A stretch of 64,000 bases of DNA from Octopus bimaculoides (Eukaryota): the NCBI RefSeq assembly GCF_001194135.2, contig NC_068995.1, forward strand, positions 56,086,166 through 56,150,165, given 5' to 3'. The position numbers were made by a program, and so were the translations under genes. The notes beneath the pieces were generated by a model that saw only the letters and a list, made by a program, of their open reading frames with translations, ran no database searches and was not told where the DNA came from. Below are positions 25,385 through 40,757 of this stretch, in pieces (position 1 is the stretch's first letter; the number at the start of each line of letters is the position of its first letter).

Positions 25385-26133
25385 AACCCACACACAAAAC
25401 AAAACAAAGAAATGTTATTGCATAGTATGTAAATGTATATGAATTCGAATATATTGCACTATTATATATACATGGCTTAATTTGATATTTAGCTTCAAAT
25501 AATTGCATGATGGAGAGGCAGCGAGGAAAGCAAAAGGAGAGAGGGAAAGAGAGAGAAAGAGAGAGAGAGAGAGAGAGGGAAAGAGAGAGAGAGGGAGAGA
25601 GAGGGAAAGAGAGAGAGAGAGAGAGAAGGGGGGGGGGAGAAATGATTAAGAAATAAAAGTAGACTGAGTTGAGGAGAAAGAGAGAGAGAGAGAAAGGTGA
25701 GATGGGAAAAAGAATAAAGAGAAAAATTGAATGAGAAGAGAAGAGGAAAGAAGAATAGAAAACAAATTGCAGATAGACATATTTAAAGAGAAGAGCGCAC
25801 ATACACGTGTGTGTATGGAGTGGTGAGAGTGGAGTGAGGGTGTGAGTATATATATATATATATATATAGATATATATATTGAGAGAGAGAGGTGGGTGTG
25901 TAGATAGTCAAATAAATAGGTGTGTAGACAGCTAGATAGACAGATTGACAGAGAGACAGGCAGACAGAGAGACAGGCAGATAGACAGACAGACAAATAGA
26001 CAGACAGATAGACAGATAGAGAGGTAGATGGAGAGAGAGAATGGAAAGGAAGAGAAGAAGATAACTGAAATAAGTTAAAAAGTAAATTGTGTGTGTGTGT
26101 GTGTGTGTAAACATGTTTATAAATGCACATATA

Positions 26134-26210
<77 letters not shown>

Positions 26211-27004
26211 TGTGTGTCTGCATTTATGTGTGTGATAGTGGTTATAAAGAAAGAGGACAACGATGAGAGAGAGAGAGAAGAGAGCAAAGAGAGAGAGGGA
26301 AAGAGACAGAGTGAAAGAGAGAATCCGGTTTGCTTAGATTTTGCCTCACAGTCATTTCATACAGACAGACAAACAGACAGACTGCAATGAAATACACGGA
26401 ATCCCTCTAAAAAAAAAAAACCAATTTATACTTATGTGATGTAAGGAACAGGGTGGAGAGCAATGCAAAGAGCTGGGGTCACGAGGGACGGAATTGTATT
26501 TTAGAGGTGGCAAAAGAGGGCACAAGTACAATGTGATAGCTAAGGGACACCGTAAAAGGCAAAAACAGAAAAAAAAAAAAAAGAGAAACCGAAAACAAAA
26601 TGACAGAACCAAAGCAAAAGAATGGAAAGTGTATTTCTAGCGTCGGATGGTTGTTAGTAGAAGTTCTCTTGAAGCTCATCAGGAAGATTCTGTCTTCGAA
26701 TTGCCAAAGGCCTTACTTGTTATATACAACTCGGAAAAAAAACCCCTTATTCCTGCTTCATGGTTTCTGTCTAGATATATATATATATATATAGATAGAT
26801 AGATAGATAGATATGTGTGTATATATATATATGTATTGTTTGTACAGCAAGTTTCCCTGAAGCCTCTTTGGTTGAACATGTAGACGATGATGTGTGTATA
26901 TACATTTGTGTCTGTGTATGCGTGCGAGTGAGACTATGTCTATGTATGTGTGAGTGTGTGAATATATGCATGTATGAGTGAATATATACATGTGATGTGT
27001 ATGT

Positions 27005-27054
<50 letters not shown>

Positions 27055-27283
27055 GAGAGAAATAAAAAGAGAAATGTTGATATAAGACAAAAATACATTT
27101 AAAATTGTTGTTGTCATTGTTGATGTTGTGCAGCTATTTGCAATGGTTTGCCAAATTTAGGTAGTTGAACTGAACAGAACAATTCCTTGGGACCTGGCTT
27201 GGAATCAAATCAGATGTAGAGGTGAGGGCAGGGCGAGGGGATCATGTACTGACTGGTTTGCATTAGATACATGCATGTAGTGT

Positions 27284-27327
<44 letters not shown>

Positions 27328-27389
27328 TACAGTATTCAACTACTTATGTGTCTTTTGATGAACTGCTACATCACTGTGACATAGACAAA

Positions 27390-27600
27390 TCAACACCTGT
27401 TGTCAAGTGGTAGAGTTAGAAACAAAAAAGACACACAGATTACAAGCTTCCACTCAGTTTCTGTCTACCAAATCCATTCACAGGACATTGGTTGTCCCTG
27501 GGCCATAGTAGAAGACACTTGTTCAAGGTGCCATGCTGTGGAACTGAACCCCAAACCACATGGTTGTAAAGTAAGCTTCTTAACTACTCAACCGCGCCTG
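27390..27600 (-). mobile_element. SINE family A 5' part
   Basis: tctaccaaatccattcac...gtagaagacacttg...ctgaaccc. Confidence 0.75.
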
Positions 27601-27734
27601 CATCTTCCATTTTCACACAAAACTTTGCAAATGCACAATTACGAGTCACAATTTTCCAACTGAAGGGTCCATCTCCACAATATCTTCATATTGCTAACTA
27701 TTGTAGGGAAGTAATGAGGGAAATAAATAGATAG

Positions 27735-27809
<75 letters not shown>

Positions 27810-27997
27810 TAATTAAATAGATAATTAGAATGACAAGATGTAAAATCCTTATAAACTGGTTGTGTAATTTTGTCTTTAACCCAGCTTCTTTTTCTCCTCA
27901 TACATATTTCTTGAAAAATCTTGTGGTTGCTGTTGTTTAGAGAGTGTGTTTTTTTTTTATTTTTCTATTCTCCTTATGAAAGATAACAATTTCTTAC

Positions 27998-28182
27998 CTG
28001 TCAAATGTGACAGCAAGTGCTCCAGAATGAGGGTTGAATGCAAAGCATCGAATGATGGCCAGGCAGTCAGATGGTTTTGTCTGTTGCAGCGGCGGCTCTT
28101 CAGCCTCAGTTTTGGCTTGTATACCATGAGACAAACAATGTAATGCTTCTCCTTTTAGGTTCCAACATCTTATGGTGCCATC
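27998..28182 (-). CDS. WDR4: WDR4 internal coding exon (185 nt, phase 0 to 2): DGTIRCWNLKGEALHCLSHG...AIIRCFAFNPHSGALAVTFD
   Basis: Acceptor ctgttgaccttttag|GATGGC and donor GACAG|gtaaga; frame is open. SG-DGTIRCW is a classic WD40 motif (human SSSGDGTLRLW, from recall). Confidence 0.93.
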
Positions 28183-29549
28183 CTAAAAGGTCAACAGAAA
28201 CAGGAGAAATAAAGAAAAGCAATTTAAAATTTTTGAATAAGCTCTAATAAATGATGAGATTATTATCATTGTCATTAATAATAATAATAATGATGATGAT
28301 GATGATGATGATGATGACAACAACCACAACAATAACAATAATAGTAATGATAACAATATCATCATGATCATCATCATTTAATGTCCATATTGCATGCTGA
28401 TACAGGTTTAATAATAATTATAATAATAACAATAATAACGATAATGATGATGATGATGATATTAATAATGCTAATAATAACAATGGTAATAGTGGAAAGT
28501 TAAAGTGAAAGTATAAAAATGTGAAATTGAGAATTTTTCACACCACACCCCTTGTCAGTTTTCACTTTCCTGAAATATGGAACCACATTAAGAACAATAA
28601 TTAGTTTCTTTCTCCAAATAAACTAATTTTGGGTGTGTTTTGTGATATAGGTGGTTAATTTCTTTCCTTATTTTTATTTATTTATTTTGACTTAAGTAGC
28701 AGTTAGCAAAGTAGGAAAGAAAATAAAAATACATAAAATACATATAACTAAAAAGAAAAGAAAGATAGCTTCCACTACTTTAGTATCGCAGAAAAAAGAA
28801 AGAACTGTCTGCTGTGGAGACAACAAAGGGTGAATAAATATTGGGAGAATGAATAAGTTTTGAGGGAGGACATAACAATTGCCGGGAATTGTTTGGTGTC
28901 GGTGATTTAAGAAACAATAAAAAGCAAAATGATGGTAAGTTCGCAACTTCAAGCAAAAGCTTACCATCCTTGTCATCAATTCAACGACAACAGGACCCTC
29001 TTCAATAATGCAAATGACAACATCATTAACTTCCATATACTAACGACACTTCTATAGTATATTTGTCTTTTTTTTTAATATTTTTATTTCTTCGATTTTT
29101 TCTTTTCTCCTTTTTCTTATTAATAGTAGCAGTGAAGTATGGTGCCTGAAAGAAGTCCTTAGAGCGAAAAAAAAAAAAAGGGAGAAGAAAAAGAAAGTAA
29201 ATAAAAAAAAAAAACGGATTTCAACTTTTTCCTTCTCAAACAATGAACAATGATGGGTGGGTAACCACTGATTGGTGTTGAAACAAACTGAAAGCACACA
29301 AGAGGCTGTCACTTATTGTCAGCGTCTAGTTGTAGTTTCAAGTGTTGAGAACTCTTGCCTCTTGCTAGAGTACAGCAGCAGTGTATTCAGGCTATTATTT
29401 ATTATTGTTGAGAAAAACTTTAATAATGCTTTGTTAATATCTCTCTTTATAGAGAAGCATTTCTAAACCCTAAATCACATAATTAAAAACATTTAGAAAA
29501 TTAATGTCATACACTAATAATAATAATCATGATAACAATGATAATAATA

Positions 29550-29740
29550 ATAATAATGGTTTCAAATTTTGACACAAGGCCAACAATTTTAGAGGAGGGG
29601 TAAGTCAATTTTATTGACCCCGAAAGAATAAAAGGCAAAGTCGACCTCGCCAGAATTTGAACTCTGAATGTAAAGACAGATGAAATGCTGCTAAGCATTT
29701 CGCCCAGCTTGCTAATGTTTCTGCCAGCTCACCGCCTTAC
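29550..29740 (-). mobile_element. SINE family C within an (AAT)n tract
   Basis: Same core as the 24092 copy. Confidence 0.82.
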
Positions 29741-30529
29741 ATAGTGCTAGGAATATTAAACACACATCATGATCTATGATTTCTATGTTAAGCTTCCAGC
29801 TTTGAGATGTTTAATGTAAAAAATCTGTGGACTTATACAGTAGCAGTTTCTCAGAGACATTCCATTCAATGATATATAATAAGAGTAATAACAGTCACTG
29901 AAGAATACCCCCAAGAGATTGGCATGGTACCTGAAACCAGAAATGAAGCTTCATGTTTCAACAAAGCGTGTGGATTGGAAACTTCTGCAAACTAAGTGTC
30001 ACAGAATAGAGAAACAAGTTGTGTTTGGTTTTCTCACTGGTTCTACTAATGTTTTCGACCCTAATCAGATAGATAAACAATATTCAGGAAAACTAATATT
30101 TATTTCAGATATATAATCCAACCAAGAAACCAATAGTATCTACCAGCTTGGTTCCATTGAAAGATAATTAGCTGAAATTTTAGCCAATGCGTCTGACTTG
30201 ATTAGAAATATTTGGATTCCTTGCGAAAATGAGCAATTTTCAAGAAAGCGTAAATGAAATGAAGATCTTTGAACTGAAAAGAATGGTAATTGGCAGAGAC
30301 AAGAGGAACTCAGTAGCGTGAGTGTACAGAAGGTTTATTATCATCATCATCATCATCATCATTATTATTATTATTAGTAGTAGTAGTAGTTGTTTTCTTT
30401 GTTTTTGTTCCATTTGTTAATCTTTTTTTTATTATTTATTTATTTGATAAAACAGACAGGCACCATTGCCTGAAGAATTAATTTTACGGTTAAGTCATAT
30501 AAATTACTAGGATTGGAAGATTTACTCTA

Positions 30530-30563
<34 letters not shown>

Positions 30564-31542
30564 TACATGCACAGTAACACAGATGTAAACATATTCCTTT
30601 CATACAAACTGATCTGACCAAAATAATACAATGAAAACACACACACATTACAATTTATTAATTGAGCATGATTGACACAAACACTTTCTCTCTCCTTATA
30701 TGCATAAAGTGAAATATACAGACATAAAGAGAGAGAGAGAGAAGGGGTAAGAAGGGGGGGAAGAGAAAATGAGGAAAAGATTAAAATGTCTGATGTCCAA
30801 CAAGTCAACATTGAATAAGCGACATCAAATAGGCAGCACCGAAATGGCTTGTACCAAAATGTCTCCAGCTCAACATCCCTGTACGTCGCAAAAGAAGGAG
30901 AAAAAGGGTCGAGAAAGCGAAAGGCATCGGGCCACAAAGCCCTGACACAGAAAACATGTTTTATCCTCATAGCATTTTTTGATAAATAAAGTTATCTGTT
31001 ATTATATATCTGTTGGTTTTTTTTAAACATATATCTGTCCTTAAATATCTTATGTACTCTGTATATACACATATACATATTTATATATACATATACATAT
31101 ATATTTAATATACATACACATATATATTCATATATATATACACACGTTTACACACACACACAGTGTTGGTATGTTTAAGCGAAACATAATTCCAGGAGAG
31201 ATTAGATTTTTCAGCTGATTGGAGAGTCTAAGTGATACTAATGAAACTGAATTAATGAAGCACAGAACATAAACCAAGACAAGAACCAAAGATATATATA
31301 AGTGTGTGTGTGTGTATGCTTGTATTAATAGTTTGGCTCAGAATCACTTTGTAACAAGTCAAAAATTATTGCAGATAAATATAAACTACTTGAAATGTGG
31401 TGTCAAGATTTTCTTTATCTATTTGTCTGCCTGTCTCTCTATCTATCTACAGATACATACATATGCACACACACCTGCACATATATATATATATANNNNN
31501 NNNNNNNNNNNNNNNNNNNNNNNNNNNNNNNNTATATTTACA

Positions 31543-31690
31543 GGCTTGTTTCAGTTTCCATGTACCAACTTCTCTAACAATCCTTTGATTGGCTTGAGGT
31601 TACAGTAACAGACACTTACCCAAGGTACTGTGAGGTGAAGCTGAACCCGAAGCCATGTGGTTGGGAATCAAACTTTTTCATCATGCACTC
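31543..31690 (-). mobile_element. SINE family A, degenerate 5' part
   Basis: ttcagtttcc...gacacttacccaagg...gaacccgaagccatgtggttgg. Confidence 0.7.
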
Positions 31691-31701
31691 ATGCCCGGTC
31701 T

Positions 31702-31744
<43 letters not shown>

Positions 31745-33199
31745 GTAAAGGTGCATGCATGACCTATGTGATAAAAAGTTTGTTTCCCAACCACGTAGTG
31801 ATTACTGATGTATTCATATATTACATCACAACATATAATCCACCATCTTCAGATAAATTCATCATGATCAACGTATTATCTCACCCGTTTGATACCTGTT
31901 TAAAGTTTTACCTGAAAATGGTGGATTATATGTTATGATGTAATCTGTGAAAACAAACATCAATAAAATCTTACTGAAACAGCTGTGTCCTCTTTTTATA
32001 CTTACACCACACACAGAACCAACCCTGAGTGAAATCTATGATTTAGGTTGGATTTGGTACTTTCATACCTATAGCATCCTACTAACACTTGATTCCGCCA
32101 TTGGTGTACCTCACTGAGAAACCCTGTGTTATTGTACCGAGCCATTTCTTTCATCCTACATGTTGATGTGCCTAGATTCTATTGAATCCTATAACTAATC
32201 TGTTTATCTATCTATCAATACACCCCCCCCCCACACACAGTGGAATCATTGTTGACTTACCTACCATTTATCTTTTTTCCTTTTAATTGAAAACTCTCAA
32301 AACAAACAACAAAAGAGAAACAGAAATTTACAAGAATATAAGAATAGGTGAGAAGTGAGACACTCTTACAGAACAGGAAGAAGCAAACAGTTACAAAGAA
32401 TACAACTTTACAATAAGGTATTTTAGCACCATCTGCTCGACAGAACTGATATGGAATTGGTATATAAGTGTGGAATGTGGGTGACTTGTTCTATCCACAT
32501 GATAATGAAAAGCGATGTCATTATTCTGCAAACCTCTATTCAGAAGAAAAGAAAAAAAAGAATTTTGCTAGATTTTTGCAAAAGGTGGAACTTTTTAGTT
32601 TTGTATTCCTGTAACCAAGAATTTGCCGATCATTTCAGACTTGTTTTGACAGCTGTGTGGAGCAAGTTTCAGTGTTTGTTGAGTTTCTGTAAGATGGTGC
32701 ACACAAAGACAGAAAACACTAGAAAAGTTCTATGCAACAACAACAACATTAATAAGAACCACTGACATAAAAATAAAAAGAAAACTGACACAAAAAAAAA
32801 ACTACCATTCTTTTTCAAAGAAAAAAAATAACAGGAGAATAGAAGTATTAGAAGGTAAAGAAAAAGGTAAGATGTAAAGAAAAAAAAATAAACGAGTGCC
32901 TTAGATATTTCATGCATTTTTATCAAGTTGGTCAGGCACTGTCTGGATAACTTAGAGAGAGAATCCAGAGAGAATTGGCAATTGTCTTGTAACTCACCAA
33001 TACAAGGTATTAAAAATTTCTTTGGAAAGGATATGGGATAATAATCTATCTATCTATCTATCTATCTTCTGACATACAGCAGGAGATCATCAACTGTGAT
33101 TAATGATCCAAATAATTAACGAATGGACAAATAACTAATGAGTAGATAAATTGAGTCATGCAGGCAGATGAGTCAAAATCCATGAGCACAACTGGACTG

Positions 33200-33890
33200 T
33201 TTATTTGAGTATTAGAAAATGGCTTCAAAGTGTCAACCTCAGCAGTTGACAACTGATTGGAAGGAGATGTAAGTGAAAGTTTTCTCTGATTGGCTGGAAA
33301 AGTTTCAAGCCATTGAAGATACATTTTTTCCAATTTGTGGATGAAATGTGGGAACATCTTTATAGTCTGGAAATGAAGGCTTAGTCCACGAAATGGTGTC
33401 ACATCTTTTCTCCAGAACTTATAATATTCAAGAGCCAGAGTTTGGCATAGAATGTTATGGTGACTGCTTCTTTGGGGTTGATAATGTGTCATGCTGCTTG
33501 ATTTTCTGGAACATGAATGAATCATGAACAACAAACACTGCATCAAGACACTAAAGAAAACTTAGGGAAGTCATTAGCAGGATGAATATAAAAGTGATTC
33601 ACATTCCTCATTACAAAGTGCAAAATAAAGAAATCTTCAGTCACAAATCAGGCAATCACCAAACTGGGCAATGGTCAATGGTGCTCCATTCACTGTACAT
33701 CCAGGTGTGATGCTCCAAGGAAGGACAGTTTCTGAGGACAATGATTCGATGAGGCAGACAAAGTGAAAATGGTCATGGAGAATTTGTTTCAACAGCACAC
33801 ACCTGAATTGGTTGAAAGATGACTAAAATGTTGGGTTCAGTGGTGGCCCAAATGCATTGCTTGTGTTGGAGAGAATATGCTGAGTAGGAC
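33200..33890 (+). mobile_element. Highly decayed mariner (DD34D-type) transposase relic
   Basis: Frameshifted pieces DEMWEHLYSLEMKA*STKW, VMLLDFLEHE, KHCIKTLKK and DKVK...QWWPKCIACVG occur in the same order as mariner DETWVHHY.PETK.QS.EW, VILVDFL, YIETLKKL and RW.KCI...G.YVE. Confidence 0.68.
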
Positions 33891-35166
33891 CCTTGTATGG
33901 AGCAAAAGCTAATCTATCAACAGGCAGTTTCTGAGGACATTGCAGGTGAGAAGATAGTTATGTATATACACACACACATATATAGACATAGACATGTGTG
34001 TATACATGCACACCACACACACACACATACATACATATACACATTTTATATATCCATAGATACACACACACACACATAAATAATTCTATTTGTTCTGCTT
34101 GTTGATACCACAGCACATCCTGAAGTCCATTATATAACCTAATGGGCATTTATGTCTGTCATCAAATCTCTGGAGGTTTGATGATATAATCTGTTTGTGA
34201 GGCATTTTTATATAACATATTATTGTTAATGAAATACATATAAGATATATTAAAGAAACATTATGTCTATAATACATGCATGTATGATTGCATGCATATA
34301 CAGACATAAGCATAATGTGTGTGTATCTACACACACATATATACATATATAAATATATATACACACATACACAGATGTATTTAATCATATTCATATACAC
34401 ACACGCATATAAATGTAAGTATGTATTTATGTATGAATATATATATATATATATATATATACTTACTATGAAAATCACATACACAGAGAGACATAAATGA
34501 AAAATGTTTATACTCACACACACACACACACACAAACACACACCTGTGCATATATATCATAAAAAAATATATTTGTATACTTCATATTTCTTAACACACA
34601 CATGTATATACATACATACATATATACATTTAAATGATATATACATGTAGAAAATGCATCTTACAAATATCATGTGCTGGCTTCAAATGTATATGGGTAT
34701 ACAAGTAGATAGACTATATATATATATATATATATAAGTGTGTATATGTATATATAGGGCAGCTAGATAGCTAGATAGAAGACCTAAGCCAGATGTAACA
34801 AACATTAATATTATCCAGTTGTTATGCCATCCACTATCCTTGATTTGTATTCCATGACCAAGGAGCTTGGCCTTGCATAGGATAAGCATCTAATCCACAC
34901 CAATTTGCAACGCAATTACTGGGATGATCCGCAGAAAAGATAGCCAATTCCGTACAGTTAGAATTTCAATATGTTTCAAGACCTGTTTAATTATCTGGCA
35001 ATTTGCTATCAGAATCCTTCCTTTACGTATATTTGTTTGTTGTATGAATTGTTCAGCTTGTTCGTCTGTGTTTATGTATATGTAACATTTGCAGTGATAT
35101 ATATACACACACAGACACACACACACACACATGCATACACGTGCACACACACACAGACACACATAA

Positions 35167-35221
<55 letters not shown>

Positions 35222-35437
35222 CATAGGCAGATACACATATGCATATGCACACACATTTGTGTATGCACATCATGTATATGCTTATGTGTATGTGTATATT
35301 TATATGCATATTTCAATAGGTAGGTGAATATGGATTGGTCTTATATATATATGTATATATATATATATATGCACATATACACACATGTATTTGCATATAT
35401 GTATGAGACTATGTATGTATGTGTGTGTGTGTGTGAG

Positions 35438-35478
<41 letters not shown>

Positions 35479-37245
35479 GTATGTTGTATCAAGGGAGGGA
35501 GGGAGGGAGAGAGAGAGAGAGAGGGATAGATAGACAGAAGGGAATGGAAAATCTTAGTGGAGAAGAGAATGAAAAAGACTTCGTAATTATTGGTTGCATT
35601 GTTATTACAGCTAATTTGATAATGGTGGTGATGATGATGATGATGATGATGAGGATGTGGGTGATATTTGTGGTGGTGGTGGTGGTAGTGGAGGTGATGA
35701 CAATGAAAATGAGGATGATGATAGTGGCAATAATGTTGATGGTCATTGTAATCATGAGGATGTTGGTAATTGTTATGATGATGATGATGATAGCAATGAT
35801 TACAAGAGCGGAAGGAAGAGAAGGGAGAAGGTATTGGCGAAAGTTAATATATTTGTCCAGAACTACAAACTTGTTGGAATGCTTGCAGCGAGGAAGGAAG
35901 AAAGGAAAGAAGGAAGGAACGGAGGAAGGAAGGAAGGAAGGAAGGAAGGAGAAAGATGTTGGGAAGTGAAGGAGTAAGGGATGGAAGGAGAGAAGATGGA
36001 TCATCACCACCACCACTGCCATGGCCACCACCACTGCTGTAATGAATAAACTTTTCTCACATGTTATAATATATCTTTAGAATGGTCTCGTCTTCAGAAT
36101 AGAGAATGTGGAGCAGCATTGGGTTGCATGCCGGTGCAAGTTCAAACCATACCACCAGCAGCATGCATCATCATCATCATCATTATCATCATTGTCTCTT
36201 TCCTGTCACCTGGACATCTAACACCATAACTCGAAATCTATCACCAGTGATGGTGAAGAATTAGTTTTGTGTGTGTGTGTGCGAATGTATGTGTATATAT
36301 TCTGCTCAATAGAAACCTATTCAAGTCTCTTAATTAGTTGCTGTATCACCTGAGGCCTAAGGTGTCATCTCAAGAAGCCAACAGAAGCTAAACTCTATCA
36401 GGTGGGGAGAATTAAACTTCAAGAAGTCAAACAATATCAAATGTTCTAGGATGATGAAAAACTTTCTGTTTACACCCTCAGGTGTGTATGTGTGTGTGAG
36501 AGAGAGAGAGAGGGAGGGGGAGGAGGAGGAGGAAGGGATTTGTGAGAGGTGACAGGTTTTGATAATCAACAGACCAAACATGATGACTTTAACAGCAACA
36601 GCAACAATACCATCATCATCATGATTGCCTCTCATCAATGTGACTGTCCTTCTCGTCCTCATCATCATCATCATTACTACCACCATCATCATCATTATTC
36701 CCTTTCCCATCATCATCACCATCATCATCATTATTACAATCAACATCATGACCATCATCACCATCATTGTAACCATCACAACATAACCACCGTTATCAAT
36801 GCTGCTGCTTCTACTGCAGATGATGCCACCACTACTACCATCACCATCATCATCATCAACAGTAAAAACATTCACAATATTTGTGTAAATGACCCTCCAA
36901 ATTACAAAGGAAAAAATGGTAAACTATGAAATGGTCTTTCATTTCCTTATGGAACTTTTAAACCCTTGCAGAGGTTGTACGCAGGAAGTAGTAAATTTAA
37001 GATTATTAAAGTTAGCTTTCATTAAAATGGTAAACTATTTGCTATCAAAATGAAGAACTTAATGACATCAATTAATTTAGAATGGAACTTTCCAGAAAAA
37101 CATCTTGTTTACTTTGTTTGAAATGAGGCATATACACATACATTTACAAGCATACATATCCATATATGTTTACATATATATATATGTTTATACACACACA
37201 TATATAAAGAGAGAGACAGAGACAAAGAGAGAGAGATAGAGAGAA

Positions 37246-37310
<65 letters not shown>

Positions 37311-37437
37311 CATAGATAGATAGATAGATAGATGTACATACAAATACACACATAAGTTTGATAGAACAAACAGGATAAATAAAACTCAGTAAATAAGTAT
37401 AAATATATTTTATCTTATTTCTTTTGCTAATTAAAAA

Positions 37438-37825
37438 TAATAATAATCCTTTTAGACAACCTGAAACTTTGTGTGAGGTGGGTCTAGTTAATTGACCCAA
37501 TAGTTAACAGGTATTTATTTTGCTAAGCCACAAAGTATGAAAGGCAAAGTTGACCTTGGTGTTACCTGAAATTCAGAGAGATGAATGGGATGCTGCTAAG
37601 CATTTTGCCTAGTGTGCTGCTTTGATAATAATGATGATGTTAATGGCTTCAAATTTTGCCACAAAGGCAGCCATTCTGAGGAAGGGGACGTGTCAATTGC
37701 ATCAACATCAGTGTTTCACTGGTATTTAATTCAATGACTCCGAAAGGATGAAAGGTAAAGTCGACCTTGGTGGAATTTGAACCCAGAATGTAGCGATGGG
37801 CAAAATAAGCGTTTTGCCCAGTGTA
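37438..37825 (-). mobile_element. Two tandem SINE family C copies
   Basis: The core occurs twice (~37540 and ~37745), separated by an aat/gat tract. Confidence 0.75.
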
Positions 37826-39432
37826 GTCATGACGGGTATACTGGGCTTCGTATATTTATACCCCAGTGTCACTTTGATGACAGGTATTGATTCTCACGCA
37901 ATAATAATAATGATTGTTGTTACCATAGTCCCAAGGACTGCATCGTGAGGGTAGGAGGCAAGTTGATAACAATCATCAGAGTGGTTCTATTTTTTAAAAC
38001 TTCTTTTCACAACTTTTATAAACTTGTTGGCTAAAAATAGAGATTTGTGTTTTTTCATTTTTTTATATATATGAACAAGAAGAGGACCCCGTGAATAACA
38101 GTAGTTAAGTAATTGAATCACTCACTGAAGAGAATCCTAATAGCTCTAATCAATGAAAAGAGCAGAGATAATCCAGAATAAATACAGTGACGAAGTTAGA
38201 AGCTTGGTGATTATGTCGTAGAGATTCTTGACTGTTATGTCATTAGAAGAGAAAAGGCAAGATGGCAGAACCATAAGAGTATTGGATGAAATGCTTAGCA
38301 GCATTTCTTTTGTCTCTTTAGGTTCTGAGTTCAAATCCTTTCAGCATCGATTACAATACCAGTGATGTACTGGGGTTGATGTAGCTGACTTGCCGCCTCC
38401 CCTCAAGGGGGCATAAGATGGGCTGCATGTTATGCACGTAAGATTAACAGACATAATTATATATTTTCATTTCAAGATTTATTGAAGAGGAGGAGAACAA
38501 TTGAATATAAACTTCTAATGGTCAGTGGTTGAAAATGTAGCGAGATTAGAATCAAGTAAAAACTAATAAGACTTGAGATGACAGGAAGAATCGGTTTGCA
38601 ATTCTGAACAAGAATTCCTTACATTTCTATCTGGATTCAGTAAAGAGAAACTTGACATTGTTTCTGCTATACTCAGCCACTCTCAGGAATTGCTTGCAAT
38701 GAGAGGTGAGAATGCATGTTCTCTGGTGACAGTCTCATATCTGAAGTTCTTAGCATGGATTTACTTTAATACTGAGAGAAGCACGGTAAGTGGCAGGACA
38801 TTCGTGATATGGTGCAAGTTGATTGGTTGACAATGAGGACAGACCACATGATGGGAACATGATCTACATGTGGTATTGAACCCAGCAACTGAAGATTTTA
38901 GGTTTGACTCAACATCTCACAACAGGATATCTTCATTCAACAAAGATCCCAGCTGGCAAAACCCTTACTACATCTTTTGTGACCACAAACATCACTTTCA
39001 TTTTCAATAAGAAACCTCTCTATCCCACAAAACTAATACCGAAGCCCCCCCCCCCACCTCAATTTAACCATTACTTATATCATCTATGGCAGCATCAATG
39101 GTACCACTATCATCTCCACAAGAACATCCGACTGACTGGAAGAGCCCAGACCAGCCCTGATGGCCAAATACCACTGAGATCATTGTCGTTGCTGTAGTGA
39201 ATATACAGCCAATATCATCGTCCACCCGCCATCCTGTTTCCTCTTTCCCCACCCCACCACCATCACTAGTATTATCTACACCATCATCGCAATATCATTA
39301 TTATCAACACCCTCAAAACTATATCCCCCCCACACACACACACTACCATAACCTCTCCTCCCCAGCCCAACAATTCTCAACTTGTGCCACCACCACCGCA
39401 GTCACTGCCATCAACCCTTCCCCCACACTTGA

Positions 39433-39750
39433 CAGCATAACTAACACCTCTACCCTCATCACACCCCCACCGCCACTATCATCACAGTCAATGTCATCAG
39501 CCCCTACCCTCAGCAGCATAACTAACAANNNNNNNNNNNNNNNNNNNNNNNNNNNNNNACAGCATAACTAACACCTCTACCCTCATCACACCCCCACCGC
39601 CACTATCATCACAGTCAATGTCATCAGCCCCTACCCTCAGCAGCATAACTAACATCTCTACCCTCATCACACCCCCACCGCCACTATCATCACAGTCAAT
39701 GTCATCAGCCCCTACCCTCAGCAGCATAACTAACAATTCTACCCTCATTG
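39433..39750. repeat. 81-bp minisatellite (at least 3.5 units, gap inside)
   Basis: Unit starts cagcataactaaca at 39433, 39514, 39560 (after the gap), 39641 and 39722; units are near-identical. Confidence 0.92.
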
Positions 39751-40595
39751 CACCACCACCACCACCGCATTTTCTTTCTTCCCTTGTCTCTTTCTTTCTT
39801 TTTTTTTGTCCGTTTGATAAAGTCTGTGTAAAATAGGCAGCGCGCCGATGCCCTCTTTTGAATATATCAGCATTCTTTGAACCAAGAATAATAACGAGGA
39901 ACTTACTAATTATCTTTAATTAGTCACACTGGTCTTTTGCTACTTTTGTATTTTATTTTTCATTTATATCTTTTTTTTATTTTATTTCTATTTTATTTTT
40001 ATTTTTTTACAATTTTTCCTCTTTTAAGAAAGCTCTTTGCTGTGTAACCTGTGATTAACTGAACATTGTTTTTGCTGTTGTTTTTGAGGTATTTTCTTTT
40101 TGTTTTCTTCTTGTTTTTCATTGTTTTTTTTTTCTTTCTTTCTTATAACATTTAATATTTGGCAGCCTTCCTGCTTGCAACTTATTACATTATAGCAACA
40201 ATGATGTGTGCAGCAAAACATATACATGCATACATACATACATACATACATATATATATATATATACATATACACACACACACATATATATACATACGTA
40301 TATATATATTTATATACACACACATACATATATATATATGCATACATATATATACATATACTTATGTGTATGTATATGTGTACATATATAAACACACACA
40401 CATATATACGATGGGGGTATGTATATATTTTCTGTATATACCCATGTGAAGATGCAGAACATAATGATAATGTAATTTATGTGATTATATGCATGCATGC
40501 TGTGTGTGTGTGTGTGTGTGCATACGTATGTGTATGCATGTGTGTGTGTGTGTGTGTGTGTGTGAGTGAATGCATGGGTCAGAGAATGGGTGGGC

Positions 40596-40633
<38 letters not shown>

Positions 40634-40723
40634 CATACATATATGTATATATATGTAGAGAGAGGGGAAGGGCTTTTTGAACAGTGCATGTGTATGTATG
40701 TACAAATTACATTACGTTTCCTC

Positions 40724-40757
<34 letters not shown>

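Noticed and set aside
38585-38712. Plus-strand open stretch EESVCNSEQEFLTFLSGF...LLAMR ending at gtgaga
   Set aside because: No pyrimidine tract at the putative acceptor, antisense to WDR4, and no recognisable family.
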